Origin: Clostridia bacterium
Lineage (GTDB): Bacteria > Bacillota > Clostridia > UMGS1883
DNA: 64,000 nt
Assembly: GCA_017505525.1 (NCBI GenBank)
Contig: JAFVPB010000044.1
Span: 12,662-76,661, forward strand
Direction of reading: 5' to 3'
Every line of letters starts with the position of its first letter. Positions within the stretch are counted from its first letter, which is position 1. This document shows, piece by piece, positions 7,474-17,018 of this stretch. A program made the position numbers and the translations under genes. Under the pieces are notes generated by a model. The model made no database searches, was not told the DNA's origin, and saw only the letters and a list, made by a program, of their open reading frames with translations.

Positions 7474-7887
7474 TCAGCTTTTACGGATTAAAACCTTTCC
7501 ACAAGCATTACAGGTTATGTTAATTTTGCCTTTTCCTTTCGGCACTCTGAGATATGCTCCGCACGAGCATCTGAAATACTTGTGTGTTTTTCTGTCGTGC
7601 CATTTTCTTTTTTGAACATTAATAAACTGCTTTGGTTTTTTTATAAATTTTTGAAAAGCCCAAAGCTCTTTTTGTCTTTTATATATTTTTTTTGAAAAAG
7701 TTCTGAAAAGAGCCCATATAATACAAAAATAATACAAGTACAACAGAATACGAAGATTGATAAATAAAGCAAGAACCCAAAAAAGAATACCTGTCCACAA
7801 TAAAAATTTATTTAAATCATCATATCCGTATCGGCCTACCATAAAATTTCGGAATTTCCAAGCCAATCGATTTAAAAACGAACGCAT
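7474..7887 (-). CDS. membrane protein with C-terminal zinc ribbon
   Basis: Two hydrophobic helices followed by CSCGAYLRVPKGKGKINITCNACGKV. Its start abuts the stop of the AI-2E transporter gene (7887/7888). Confidence 0.55.
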   Translation of the reverse strand: MRSFLNRLAWKFRNFMVGRYGYDDLNKFLLWTGILFWVLALFINLRILLYLYYFCIIWALFRTFSKKIYKRQKELWAFQKFIKKPKQFINVQKRKWHDRKTHKYFRCSCGAYLRVPKGKGKINITCNACGKVLIRKS

Positions 7888-9024
7888 TTATTCTGCACTC
7901 TCCTCCAAAATTTCTGCAATCTTTTCTTTATTATAAACATCTTCTTTAACAATAGTAAATATTACTGCAATTAAAGGAATAAAGAAAAGAATACCTATAA
8001 CTCCAAATAATTTACCACCTATCATGGCAGCAATAAGTACATAAATAGGATTAACACCAACCTTACTTCCTACAACTCTTGGATATATAAACTGGTTTTC
8101 AATGAACTGTACAACCCCGTAAACTATCATACATTTCAGTGCTGTTGCCGGGCTTATTAAAAGTATTAAAAGAGTGCTTACCGAAAACGATATAAATGCA
8201 CCAACATAAGGAATAATAGCACAAACGGCCGTAAGCACAGCAACGAGAGCTGCATAAGGTATTCTGAATATTAAGAATGCAATAAACATAAGCATACCCA
8301 GAATGAGCGCTTCAGCACACTGTCCTGTTAAAAACTTTGAAAAAGATTTATTGAAAAGTCGACAAAAACGAATTGAATTATTGGCAAAACTGGGTTTGCA
8401 ATATGTTGTTACCACCATTTTGCAGTGCCTTGACAGGTGTTCTTTACCAAGTATAGTATAGATGGATACAATTATTGAAAAGATTGCTGTAAGTGTAAAG
8501 CTTATTGTTGATGAAACTGCGCTGACAACTCCCCCAAGGAAATTAAATGCCCCGTTTGAAATGTTTTGAATCATCTTTTCTACATTCATTTCAGCAAAAA
8601 GATTTTCAATCCAAGTATAATCAATATTATGGCTTGTCAAATATTCAGCCCAAACTGGAATTCTTTGTTGAATTTTATAATACAAGTCTTTTATAGAAAC
8701 CGTAATCTGAGGAATAATCCATATAAATACAAGCGCTATAATCAGAAGGATACAAATAACAGTAATCAGATAACTTATACCGTGATACATTTTATCCGAC
8801 ATTTGCTTTTTATTTTTCCTGAATATCTTTCTCAATATTCTTTCAACGCCTGTAACGGGAACATTAATGAAGATAGATAATATTCCTCCGATAATTATAG
8901 GCATTATTAGAGAAATTATTTTTTCAAGAAAAGTGCCTGCTGCTTCTAAATTCATTAGGATTGCAAACAAAACCACGCCGCTTACTGTAATCCAAAAAGC
9001 TTGTTTCATTTTTTTATCCATCAC
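7888..9024 (-). CDS. AI-2E family transporter (UPF0118/PerM-like)
   Basis: 378 aa, 8 TM segments, C-terminal FIENQFIYPRVVGSKVGVNPIYVLIA signature of the AI-2E family. Confidence 0.8.
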   Translation of the reverse strand: MMDKKMKQAFWITVSGVVLFAILMNLEAAGTFLEKIISLIMPIIIGGILSIFINVPVTGVERILRKIFRKNKKQMSDKMYHGISYLITVICILLIIALVFIWIIPQITVSIKDLYYKIQQRIPVWAEYLTSHNIDYTWIENLFAEMNVEKMIQNISNGAFNFLGGVVSAVSSTISFTLTAIFSIIVSIYTILGKEHLSRHCKMVVTTYCKPSFANNSIRFCRLFNKSFSKFLTGQCAEALILGMLMFIAFLIFRIPYAALVAVLTAVCAIIPYVGAFISFSVSTLLILLISPATALKCMIVYGVVQFIENQFIYPRVVGSKVGVNPIYVLIAAMIGGKLFGVIGILFFIPLIAVIFTIVKEDVYNKEKIAEILEESAE

Positions 9025-9038
9025 TGTTTCCTCCTTTT

Positions 9039-10388
9039 TTATTTCAACAAATCACAGATTGCATCAATATTTTTCTTTAGTGTAAGACAACCAATTCCAT
9101 TGTCGGCCTTTACATAGTAATTTCTTTCATTGTAATTATAATATTTGAAGGTTTTCTTTTGATTGTTATTTAAATCAAAGGTTATTGTACATTGCTCTTT
9201 TCCTGTAGGAACAAAATCATCATCTATATCTGTTGCAATGACGCCTATAATTGCCTGATACAATTTCTTAAAGTTTTCTTCGCTTATATCTTTGTTGTTT
9301 ACATAGTATTTAGCTTTATCATTTTGAATATCGCCCTTAACGCTGATAACGTCAGTTTGACTTTGGAATGAAAATTCAACTGAATTAACATCTGATAAGT
9401 TTACTAAATGTATAAATCTATCGATATATTCATCAGAGTTTGCGTTAACAACTTTTTCATAAAAAGGACAATCAGCTAAATATACGACCTTTCTATCGTT
9501 ATACATAATATAGACCAATCCATCATCATTCTTATTGCCTAAGGAAATTGTATGAGTTCCATTACCATCTGTTACTGTTAATTTATAAGGATTATTAAAT
9601 CCGTAAGAAGTAATCTCATTCATATTTTCTGTAACAATTTCCTGCGCAGTTATACTACTGATAGTTTCAAGAAGAGCATTCGTTCTGTCGGTTGATGCTA
9701 CTACACCTTTATAAGGATAGAGAATTTTATAGTTTCTAATAGAATTTGAAGGATCTTTTTTTTCTTTTTCAAATTCTATATCTATAATTTTATTATTGCC
9801 CCTGCTTATAGCAACTCTTTCTATTGTTTCTGGCGCAATACTACATACATCAAGACTGCGGTATTGGCTTGGGTCAACTTTAAAGAATTCTGCAGAACTT
9901 TTGCTAATTGAGGATAATCGACCTGTGGCTTCATTATAAGCATAATACTCGCCTTCTACACCGGTGCTGTTACCCAAAATAATTTTTGTTGATTTTCCGT
10001 CTTTCTCTTTAATAACAACATAAGTACTACTGTCTTTAATACCATATTCCAGAAGACTGGTATCTTCAACTTTTATATTTTGGTTTTCTATTATGTATGA
10101 AAAACTGTGTATTGCTCTTGTAAGAAGTTCGGGGTCAATAATTTTACTTTCGTACCCTGATATTGTTTTATTTTCCCCATTGCGAACAGTATAGCTATTG
10201 CCATCATAATAGAATTCTATACTTGCGATGTTATCTGTTTCGGTTTTAAACAAATAATATGTTTCATCATCGGTCTCAGTTGTGATGATTTCTGTTTCGG
10301 GAGTCCATTTAACAGCAAAAAAGTATAAACCAAATAATACAACAAGAACAATAAAACCTGAAACTAATCCTTTAACTCTTTTTTTCAT
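9039..10388 (-). CDS. DUF4340-domain protein (partner of GldG-like ABC auxiliary component)
   Basis: 449 aa with an N-terminal TM anchor and a beta-rich exported body. It is positioned directly after the GldG-like gene, with the stop and start sharing nt 10388. Confidence 0.65.
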   Translation of the reverse strand: MKKRVKGLVSGFIVLVVLFGLYFFAVKWTPETEIITTETDDETYYLFKTETDNIASIEFYYDGNSYTVRNGENKTISGYESKIIDPELLTRAIHSFSYIIENQNIKVEDTSLLEYGIKDSSTYVVIKEKDGKSTKIILGNSTGVEGEYYAYNEATGRLSSISKSSAEFFKVDPSQYRSLDVCSIAPETIERVAISRGNNKIIDIEFEKEKKDPSNSIRNYKILYPYKGVVASTDRTNALLETISSITAQEIVTENMNEITSYGFNNPYKLTVTDGNGTHTISLGNKNDDGLVYIMYNDRKVVYLADCPFYEKVVNANSDEYIDRFIHLVNLSDVNSVEFSFQSQTDVISVKGDIQNDKAKYYVNNKDISEENFKKLYQAIIGVIATDIDDDFVPTGKEQCTITFDLNNNQKKTFKYYNYNERNYYVKADNGIGCLTLKKNIDAICDLLK

Positions 10389-11797
10389 TATTTATGTCTC
10401 CTTATAAGCCAGATAACCAATCCGCCGATGAGTATTACTAATGGAATTATATATTGAAGTAAAATTGCATATCCGATAACCTGTTGCTGAGTCATAACCA
10501 TTCTTTCAGGACTTATCTGTTTTGCCCTGATGCCTGTGTCGGTTGTTGCTCCTCCAAGATAATTTATAACATTAAGAACAAAGTCTCCGTTAAGATATGC
10601 TCCCTCTGTCAACACTCCTGATGTTTCTAACGCAGCAAGAGAACCTATAAATACTATAGCTGAATCTTCAGGCTGATATTTTTCTGATATAGCGGCAATT
10701 GTCAACGGACCTTCTATATCAGTGCTTTCTTTTTCAAGAGTAACTGACTTTAAATTTTTCTTTCCGTAAGAAGCTTCGCTTGTAAACAAAAGCTTTTTCG
10801 CTTCGGAATTATTTTTTGTTGTAACTAAAGATACGCTTGTAGAATCAGGCATAGCTAAAAGAGAGCTTGAATCCTTTATTTTTTCAGTAATTGCATGCTC
10901 TGCAAGTTCAGGAATTGGTATAGGAACGTTATTACCTGCTCCCATTGCTCTTTCACTATCAGATTCAATAACATAATCATAGTTCAGCTCAAATCCCCAC
11001 TCGCTGAGAAAACTGCTGATTCTATCTAAATTGTCTGCTTCCGGGACAGGTACAAAAATGTACTTTCCGCCGTTATCCAAGTAGGTATCAAGAGCTTTAA
11101 TTTCATCTTCTGTAAAATCAACATCGGGAGCTAAAGTGATAAGCATAGATGCATCTTCAGGTATTGTATTATTTGAAAGATTTATGTTGTCGCACTTATT
11201 TCCTTCATCGCGAAGAAAATTTTTAAAGTTTGTACCATCGTATTCGTTATGCCCTTGTGTAAAATAAATATTTGATTGTGAAACTTTTCCTGTAACAATC
11301 ATTATTGCATCTGTAACCTTTTTCTCCATATCGATCTGCACTGTACCAGAATAGCTGTTTTGCTGATAAAGTTGTTCAAAAGGTATAACCTTATAATTAT
11401 CCCCGCATTCAATAATAATTGACCCTATTGCAGCCTGATTATCACCATCGTTGTATTTTTGCATAAAAGCAGGATTTTCATATGGATTAATATATTCCAC
11501 GAAAAATTCATCACTTAAAGCAATATATTTATCTAAATATTCTTTGATATAGTCAATATATTCACTCTGAGTGTTTTCATCAATTAAAGCATATGCCTTA
11601 ACCTCTTTTTCAAGATTTTTCATAATCTCGTTTGTTTGTTCTGAAAATTTATAAACTTTATCCCTCGTTAAATCTATGCTAAGGGAAGATTTGTCTGCAA
11701 TTATAGATACAAACAAATTTAAAACAAGAACACAAACAATAACAACACAAATTGTTATAATGGATGTTAATCCGAATTTTAATTTTCTCTTATTCAT
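10388..11797 (-). CDS. GldG-like ABC-transporter auxiliary component (ABC_transp_aux family)
   Basis: 469 aa with an N-terminal and a C-terminal TM anchor and a large extracytoplasmic domain. It follows an ABC-2 permease, as is typical of the family. Confidence 0.75.
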   Translation of the reverse strand: MNKRKLKFGLTSIITICVVIVCVLVLNLFVSIIADKSSLSIDLTRDKVYKFSEQTNEIMKNLEKEVKAYALIDENTQSEYIDYIKEYLDKYIALSDEFFVEYINPYENPAFMQKYNDGDNQAAIGSIIIECGDNYKVIPFEQLYQQNSYSGTVQIDMEKKVTDAIMIVTGKVSQSNIYFTQGHNEYDGTNFKNFLRDEGNKCDNINLSNNTIPEDASMLITLAPDVDFTEDEIKALDTYLDNGGKYIFVPVPEADNLDRISSFLSEWGFELNYDYVIESDSERAMGAGNNVPIPIPELAEHAITEKIKDSSSLLAMPDSTSVSLVTTKNNSEAKKLLFTSEASYGKKNLKSVTLEKESTDIEGPLTIAAISEKYQPEDSAIVFIGSLAALETSGVLTEGAYLNGDFVLNVINYLGGATTDTGIRAKQISPERMVMTQQQVIGYAILLQYIIPLVILIGGLVIWLIRRHK

Positions 11798-11808
11798 ATT
11801 ATCTCTCC

Positions 11809-12513
11809 TTAGCTGAATCTACGCTTATCTATTACTGAAACAGTAAGAAATAAAAACACAAATATAAAACTTAAATAATAAATAATGTTTTCTATGTTTA
11901 AAACACCATTCTGGAAATCGCCGTAACGAGCAAGCAAAGCAAACCAACCGATAACTTTTTGTGCCACGGGATTTTGAACACTTGATTGGAACCAGTTTAT
12001 AAAATAAATAAGTAATAAACTTGCAAAGGTAAGCACGCCTGCAATCATTTGACTTTCAGTAAGAGCTGAAATAAATATGCCAACTGAAATGAAAGCTCCC
12101 CATAAAAGTATAAACCCGATATACGAACTGATTACCTCGCTTAATGCAGGGTTGCCATATATAAACATTATTGCAGGGAATATAAAACTGACAAGGATTG
12201 TAATTCCAAATACAGCCATAGCTGCAAGATACTTTCCAAGAACTATTTCTGTTATGCTTACAGGAGCTGACATTAGAAGCTGGTCGGTTTTCTTCCCGCG
12301 CTCTTCAGCTAAAAGTCGCATTGTTAGAAGAGATACCAGGAACAGATAAATAACATTTATATTTGAAAACATAATAGAAATATCTGCTTGCTGAGAGAAT
12401 AAAATTCCACTTGCAAAAAACATCGAAGCCAGAGCCATGAAAACTCCTACAAATATGTATCCTATCGGTGAGAGAAAATAGCTTTTAAATTCTTTTTTAA
12501 ATATTGCTATCAT
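11809..12513 (-). CDS. ABC-2 family permease (GldF-like)
   Basis: 234 aa, 6 TM segments. Overlaps the ATPase gene by 17 nt. Confidence 0.8.
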   Translation of the reverse strand: MIAIFKKEFKSYFLSPIGYIFVGVFMALASMFFASGILFSQQADISIMFSNINVIYLFLVSLLTMRLLAEERGKKTDQLLMSAPVSITEIVLGKYLAAMAVFGITILVSFIFPAIMFIYGNPALSEVISSYIGFILLWGAFISVGIFISALTESQMIAGVLTFASLLLIYFINWFQSSVQNPVAQKVIGWFALLARYGDFQNGVLNIENIIYYLSFIFVFLFLTVSVIDKRRFS

Positions 12514-13498
12514 TTTCTGTTACCTCCTGTTCTTCTTTTTCTTCTTCATAAATCTTGCTATTGGTAAGTTTTATAAATATTTCTTCAAGCGTGAGAAGTG
12601 CACTTTTAAATTCAGTAATCGCAATACCATTTTTACCAAAGGCTTCTGTTAGTTGCATCGATATATCGCTTTCCGGCTTTCTTTCCAAGAGTATTTCTGC
12701 TTCGCTGTCGTTAATAAAAGTGGTATTAATATTTACGATTTCATCAATTGAAGACAATATATCAAGCGCTTTTTGGGTATCTCCTTTAAGTTTGAGAATA
12801 TATTTGTCTTTTCCACCCGTTGCTTCTTCAAGACCCTTTAACGTGTTTTGTGCAACAATTTTTCCGTGAGATATAATAGTAACCCTGTCGCACACGGCAC
12901 TTACTTCCTGAAGAATATGAGTGCTGAGAATGATGGTTCTTTCTTTTCCTATTTCCTTTATTACGTTTCTTATTTCAATTATTTGCTTTGGATCAAGCCC
13001 AACAGTGGGTTCGTCAAGAATGAGAACCTCTGGATCACCTATAAGAGCTTGAGCAAGCCCAACTCTTTGTTTATATCCCTTTGAAAGGTTTTTAATCATA
13101 CGATTCTTCATGTCGCTTATTTTTACAAGCTCCATAATTTTTTCTATATGTTCTTTTTTATTGTTTTTAACTTTTTTTAAGTCATAAACAAAGCTTAAAT
13201 ATTCCCAGACCTTCATATCGAAATACAACGGAGGATTTTCCGGAAGATATCCTATTTTGCTTTTTACTATTTTTGGATTTTCCAAAACATCACAGCCACA
13301 AACATTAACAGTACCTCCGCTTGCACTTATGCATCCGCAGATTATATTCATAGTAGTGCTTTTCCCTGCGCCGTTGGGTCCTAAAAAGCCCATAATTTCT
13401 CCGTGTTTGACATTAAAAGAAATATTATCTACTGCTTTATTTGCACCATAATTTTTAGATAGATTAATAATTTCTAATGCATTGTTTACAGTTTCCAT
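12497..13498 (-). CDS. ABC transporter ATP-binding protein (GldA-like)
   Basis: Walker A GPNGAGKST, signature LSKGYKQRV, Walker B ILILDEP. Confidence 0.9.
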   Translation of the reverse strand: METVNNALEIINLSKNYGANKAVDNISFNVKHGEIMGFLGPNGAGKSTTMNIICGCISASGGTVNVCGCDVLENPKIVKSKIGYLPENPPLYFDMKVWEYLSFVYDLKKVKNNKKEHIEKIMELVKISDMKNRMIKNLSKGYKQRVGLAQALIGDPEVLILDEPTVGLDPKQIIEIRNVIKEIGKERTIILSTHILQEVSAVCDRVTIISHGKIVAQNTLKGLEEATGGKDKYILKLKGDTQKALDILSSIDEIVNINTTFINDSEAEILLERKPESDISMQLTEAFGKNGIAITEFKSALLTLEEIFIKLTNSKIYEEEKEEQEVTENDSNI

Positions 13499-13533
13499 AC
13501 TTAACCTCCTGAGTGCAATAATATATTATTTTA

Positions 13534-13561
13534 ATTATACTACAAATGTATCTTGTTGTCA
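13534..13561 (-). promoter_or_regulatory. sigma-A-type promoter for the long minus-strand operon (TGACAA-N16-TATAAT)
   Basis: Minus strand reads aaTGACAAcaagatacatttgtagTATAATtaaaa, about 40 nt upstream of the ABC ATPase start, which carries RBS GGAGG. Confidence 0.5.
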
Positions 13562-13592
13562 TTAGCTATTTGTAAATTTTTTTAAAATAAAA

Positions 13593-13609
13593 ACGAGGGA
13601 TTCCCTCGT
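13593..13609. terminator. bidirectional intrinsic terminator (acgagggattccctcgt + flanking A/T runs)
   Basis: Perfect 7-bp stem directly after the SBP gene stop, flanked by aaaa on one side and tttttatttt on the other. Confidence 0.8.
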
Positions 13610-13611
13610 TT

Positions 13612-14514
13612 TTATTTTAAACCTTCTTTAAGACTTTGATAATTGTTTTCCATTAATTCTAAATACGTTATTCCTTTTTTCAACTGTTCATCCGTAACAC
13701 TGTGGCACGAATGCAGCATGAGCTTTTTAGCTCCAGTTTCTCCCGATATAGTATCAGCAAGTTTTTGATTTGACGTTTCAGTATAAAATACGACATTTAT
13801 ATTTTCATTTTTAATTGTTTCTATAAGCTGTGATATCGTGGCTGCACTCGGTTCACTTTCTGAAGAACACCCAGGAAAAGCGGAAAAGTATTCCAAATTA
13901 TATTCCTCAGCTAAATATTTAAAAGGAAATCTGTCAGCAAAAACTATTTTCTTATTATTATTTTTTGTTAATCTTTCAAATTTTTCATCAAGTTTATCTA
14001 ATTTATTAGAATAGATTTCTTCGTTTTTTTCATAAAAATCTTTGTTTTTGGGATCCATTTGTGCGAGCAAGTTTGCAATTGCTTCAATAATATCTTCTGC
14101 ATTTTCAGGAGATGTCCATATATGTTCGTCCACAGAATATATATCATGATGGTTTTCTTTTATTGTATCAACAACATTTATTGCAGACATAATGCGTGTA
14201 TTGCTTTTATTTTCATCTTTAGATATAGCTTCAACCCACGGATCGGCACTTCCGCCAATATTTATAAATAAATCGCTTTCGTTTATTTTTATAATATCCT
14301 GAACTGTAGGCTCATAAGAATGAGCTTCTCTGCCGGTAGGTAAAAGCATATCTACTTCTGCCCTGTCTCCTGCAATTTGTTTGGCAAAATCATAAAGCGG
14401 AAAAATAGTTGTAACAATTTTCAGTTTATTATTTTGAGTTGTTTCATCGTTTCCAGCACAGCCTGGAATAACTAAAATAATAATTGAAAGTATAAAAGAT
14501 AAAATTTTGCGCAT
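13612..14514 (-). CDS. metal (Zn/Mn-type) ABC transporter substrate-binding lipoprotein (ZnuA/AdcA/TroA family)
   Basis: Lipobox LVIPGCAG and family-typical His/Asp ligand positions. No cognate permease or ATPase is adjacent, so it is an orphan SBP. Confidence 0.8.
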   Translation of the reverse strand: MRKILSFILSIIILVIPGCAGNDETTQNNKLKIVTTIFPLYDFAKQIAGDRAEVDMLLPTGREAHSYEPTVQDIIKINESDLFINIGGSADPWVEAISKDENKSNTRIMSAINVVDTIKENHHDIYSVDEHIWTSPENAEDIIEAIANLLAQMDPKNKDFYEKNEEIYSNKLDKLDEKFERLTKNNNKKIVFADRFPFKYLAEEYNLEYFSAFPGCSSESEPSAATISQLIETIKNENINVVFYTETSNQKLADTISGETGAKKLMLHSCHSVTDEQLKKGITYLELMENNYQSLKEGLK

Positions 14515-14537
14515 ATTTTCACCTCACAAATTTAATT

Positions 14538-14552
14538 TGATAATCATTCTCA
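14538..14552. promoter_or_regulatory. Fur-family (candidate Zur) operator, 7-1-7 inverted repeat TGATAATcATTcTCA
   Basis: One mismatch to the Fur 7-1-7 consensus TGATAAT-N-ATTATCA. It lies 24 nt upstream of the SBP start and in the divergent region shared with the COG0523 gene. Confidence 0.5.
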
Positions 14553-14599
14553 TATTTATATTACATTTACTTGATCTGATTGTCAAGTTGTTTTTATTA

Positions 14600-14628
14600 T
14601 TGACTAAAAGCTATAAAAGTATTATAAT
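14600..14628 (+). promoter_or_regulatory. sigma-A promoter TTGACT-N17-TATAAT for the COG0523 gene
   Basis: Near-consensus hexamers with 17-nt spacing, 25 nt upstream of the start codon. Confidence 0.6.
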
Positions 14629-14652
14629 CTCATAAGTAAGGAAGTGTTATAT

Positions 14653-15702
14653 ATGACGAAAATCGATATTTTTTCAGGGTTTCTTGGAGCAGGAAAAACA
14701 ACTTTGATAAAAAAGCTTATTAAAGAAGCCTATAATGGAGAAAAAATTGTTCTTATTGAGAACGAGTTTGGAGAAATCGGTATAGACGGTGGGTTTATGG
14801 AAGATGCCGGAATAGAAGTTACTGAAATGAATTCAGGATGTATATGCTGCAGTCTTGTGGGGGATTTTGGCAAAGCCCTTACCAAAGTTCTTGAAGAATA
14901 TAATCCTGACCGTATTTTAATAGAGCCTTCCGGTGTTGGTAAGCTCAGTGATGTTATTCGCGCTGTGAAAGATGCCGAGTGTAAAGGTGCCTCGCTTAAC
15001 AGCTACTGTGCAGTTGCAGACGCAAAAAAATGTAAGATGTATATGAAAAATTTTGGTGAATTTTTTAATGACCAGATTGAAAGCGCTTCTTGCATTGTTT
15101 TAAGCCATACAGATGATCTTAATGAAGAAAAAATCGAAGAATGTATTAAATTACTTCGCACAAAGAATGATAAAGCACAAATCGTTGCTTCTCCCTGGGA
15201 TTCGCTATGTGGAAAAGCAATCCTCGAGGCTATAGAAAACACCCACACACTTGAAGACGAAATTAATTCGCTTAAAGAAGAACATCTTGAACATCATCAT
15301 CATGAGCACTGTAAATGTCATGAACATGAACATCACCATAATCATGAGTGCCATTGTCATGAGCATCACCACGACCATGATTGTGGTTGCCATGACCACA
15401 ATCATGAACATGAGCATCATCACCATGCAGACGAGGTATTTACAAGTTGGGGTGTTGAAACAGCAAAATCTTTTACAGAAGCTGAATTAAAGAACATTCT
15501 TTCCGCGTTTGAAGACAGTGAAAAATTTGGTACAGTTTTGCGTGCAAAAGGAATTATTAAAGGAGAAACTGACTGGTTGTATTTTGATTATATTCCATCA
15601 GAAATTGATATCCGCCATGGAAGCAGCGCACCAATAGGTAGAATTTGCGTTATCGGCGCTCAATTAAATAAAAATATTTTAAACGAGACTTTTGGAGTTT
15701 AA
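14653..15702 (+). CDS. COG0523-family GTPase zinc metallochaperone (CobW/YciC/ZigA-like) with His/Cys-rich insert
   Basis: Walker A GFLGAGKTT, ENEFG, metal-binding GCICC, and a His-rich stretch EHHHHEHCKCHEHEHHHNHECHCHEHHHDHDCGCHDHNHEHEHHHH (15286-15440). Start taken at MTKIDIF. Confidence 0.85.
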   Translation: MTKIDIFSGFLGAGKTTLIKKLIKEAYNGEKIVLIENEFGEIGIDGGFMEDAGIEVTEMNSGCICCSLVGDFGKALTKVLEEYNPDRILIEPSGVGKLSDVIRAVKDAECKGASLNSYCAVADAKKCKMYMKNFGEFFNDQIESASCIVLSHTDDLNEEKIEECIKLLRTKNDKAQIVASPWDSLCGKAILEAIENTHTLEDEINSLKEEHLEHHHHEHCKCHEHEHHHNHECHCHEHHHDHDCGCHDHNHEHEHHHHADEVFTSWGVETAKSFTEAELKNILSAFEDSEKFGTVLRAKGIIKGETDWLYFDYIPSEIDIRHGSSAPIGRICVIGAQLNKNILNETFGV

Positions 15703-15718
15703 TCTGGAGGAATTGACA

Positions 15719-16663
15719 ATGAAAAATATTCCCATCTATCTATTCGTAGGTTTTCTTGAATCAGGAAAAACACGTTTTATTCAGGATACACTGTGCGATA
15801 TTCGTTTTAATAACGGAGAAAAAACATTATTACTTGTTTGCGAAGAAGGTATCGATGAATATGAACCAAGCTTATTTTCAGGAGATAATGTTTATATAGA
15901 AACAATCGATAGTATTGATTTTCTTACGCCAAAGCACCTTTCATCCTTACAGGAAAAAAGTAATGCAGAGCGTGTTATAATTGAATATAATGGTATGTGG
16001 CTTCTCACAGAATTGCTCAACAATCTTCCTAAGAAGTGGCAGGTGGTACAAACAATGATGTTTGCAGATGCCAATACTTTTATAAATTATAATGCAAATA
16101 TGCGTAATCAAACAGTTGATAAACTCAGAGTTTCTGAACTTGTTGTGTTTAACAGAATGGATAAATCTATTGACAAAATGGAACTTCACAAAATTGTTAG
16201 AGGCGTAAACCGCAGGGCTGATATTGCATATGAGTATGCTGATTCCTCCGTGGAATATGATGATATAATAGATCCACTTCCCTTTGACATTGAAGCAGCG
16301 CTTATAGAAATTAAAGATACAGATTATGCTATATGGTACAGAGATTTACTTGAGGAAAGCGATAAATATGATGGTAAATCTGTTAAATTCAGAGCAATAG
16401 TCGCTTCAGACAATCGTCTTCCCGATAATGTTTTTGCAGCCGGTCGCCACGTTATGACTTGTTGCGTAGATGACATTGAATATATGCCTATAATTTGCAT
16501 TTCTAAAAGCAACCATAATCTTAAAAGCCGCGACTGGGTGATGTTGCGCGGTAAAATAAAGGTTGAGTATTCTAAGTTTTATAGAGGAAAAGGTCCTGTA
16601 ATATATCTTGAAGATGTTATTCTCACATCACCACCTCAAGAGGAGTTAGCCACTTTTTATTGA
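15719..16663 (+). CDS. second COG0523-like GTPase paralog (divergent; CxCC replaced, C-terminal TCC motif)
   Basis: Walker A GFLESGKT is present but ENEFG is changed to CEEG. It lacks the His-rich segment and has C-terminal MTCCVDD. Start taken at MKNIPIY with RBS TGGAGG; the track ORF is extended to 15692. Confidence 0.65.
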   Translation: MKNIPIYLFVGFLESGKTRFIQDTLCDIRFNNGEKTLLLVCEEGIDEYEPSLFSGDNVYIETIDSIDFLTPKHLSSLQEKSNAERVIIEYNGMWLLTELLNNLPKKWQVVQTMMFADANTFINYNANMRNQTVDKLRVSELVVFNRMDKSIDKMELHKIVRGVNRRADIAYEYADSSVEYDDIIDPLPFDIEAALIEIKDTDYAIWYRDLLEESDKYDGKSVKFRAIVASDNRLPDNVFAAGRHVMTCCVDDIEYMPIICISKSNHNLKSRDWVMLRGKIKVEYSKFYRGKGPVIYLEDVILTSPPQEELATFY

Positions 16664-16707
16664 TAAAACAGTTGACAAATAATCTCTTTAATGCTATCAT
16701 ATAATAA

Positions 16708-16982
16708 ATTAATAATTAAATCCTGTGATGAGAAATAGTAGCTGTGAAGCTTTTTGGAAAGCGAGCCGTCGTTGGTGTGAGGTACGGTGCAAAAAGGCAT
16801 AGTGAATGGGTCTTTGAGGAGCGAGGGCGAAAAGAGTTTCTTAGTAGTTTTCGACGTGTGTATCACGTAACAGATACAGAATATATCCATATGGAGTATT
16901 CGTTAAGAGTAAGCTTTGCTTAAACGTAGGGTGGCACCGCGATTAAAAATCGTCCCGACAGATAGTTCTGTCGGGATTTTTT
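16708..16982 (+). promoter_or_regulatory. T-box riboswitch leader (probable Trp specifier UGG) controlling trpB
   Basis: Promoter TTGACA (16672-16677)-N17-TATCAT. Stem-I elements (tgatgagaaatagta) and a candidate specifier loop ttttUGGAaag. The conserved T-box AACGTAGGGTGGCACCGCG lies at 16923-16941, and the terminator hairpin tcccgacagatagttctgtcggga plus U-run at 16953-16982. Confidence 0.8.
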
Positions 16983-17018
16983 AAATAAAATTTAAATATT
17001 TTTTGGAGGATTAATAAT

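Noticed and set aside
15205-15490. Two overlapping ORFs (73 and 79 aa) rich in M/I/V/T
   Set aside because: They are alternative-frame or antisense readings of the CAT/CAC-rich His-cluster codons of the COG0523 gene.
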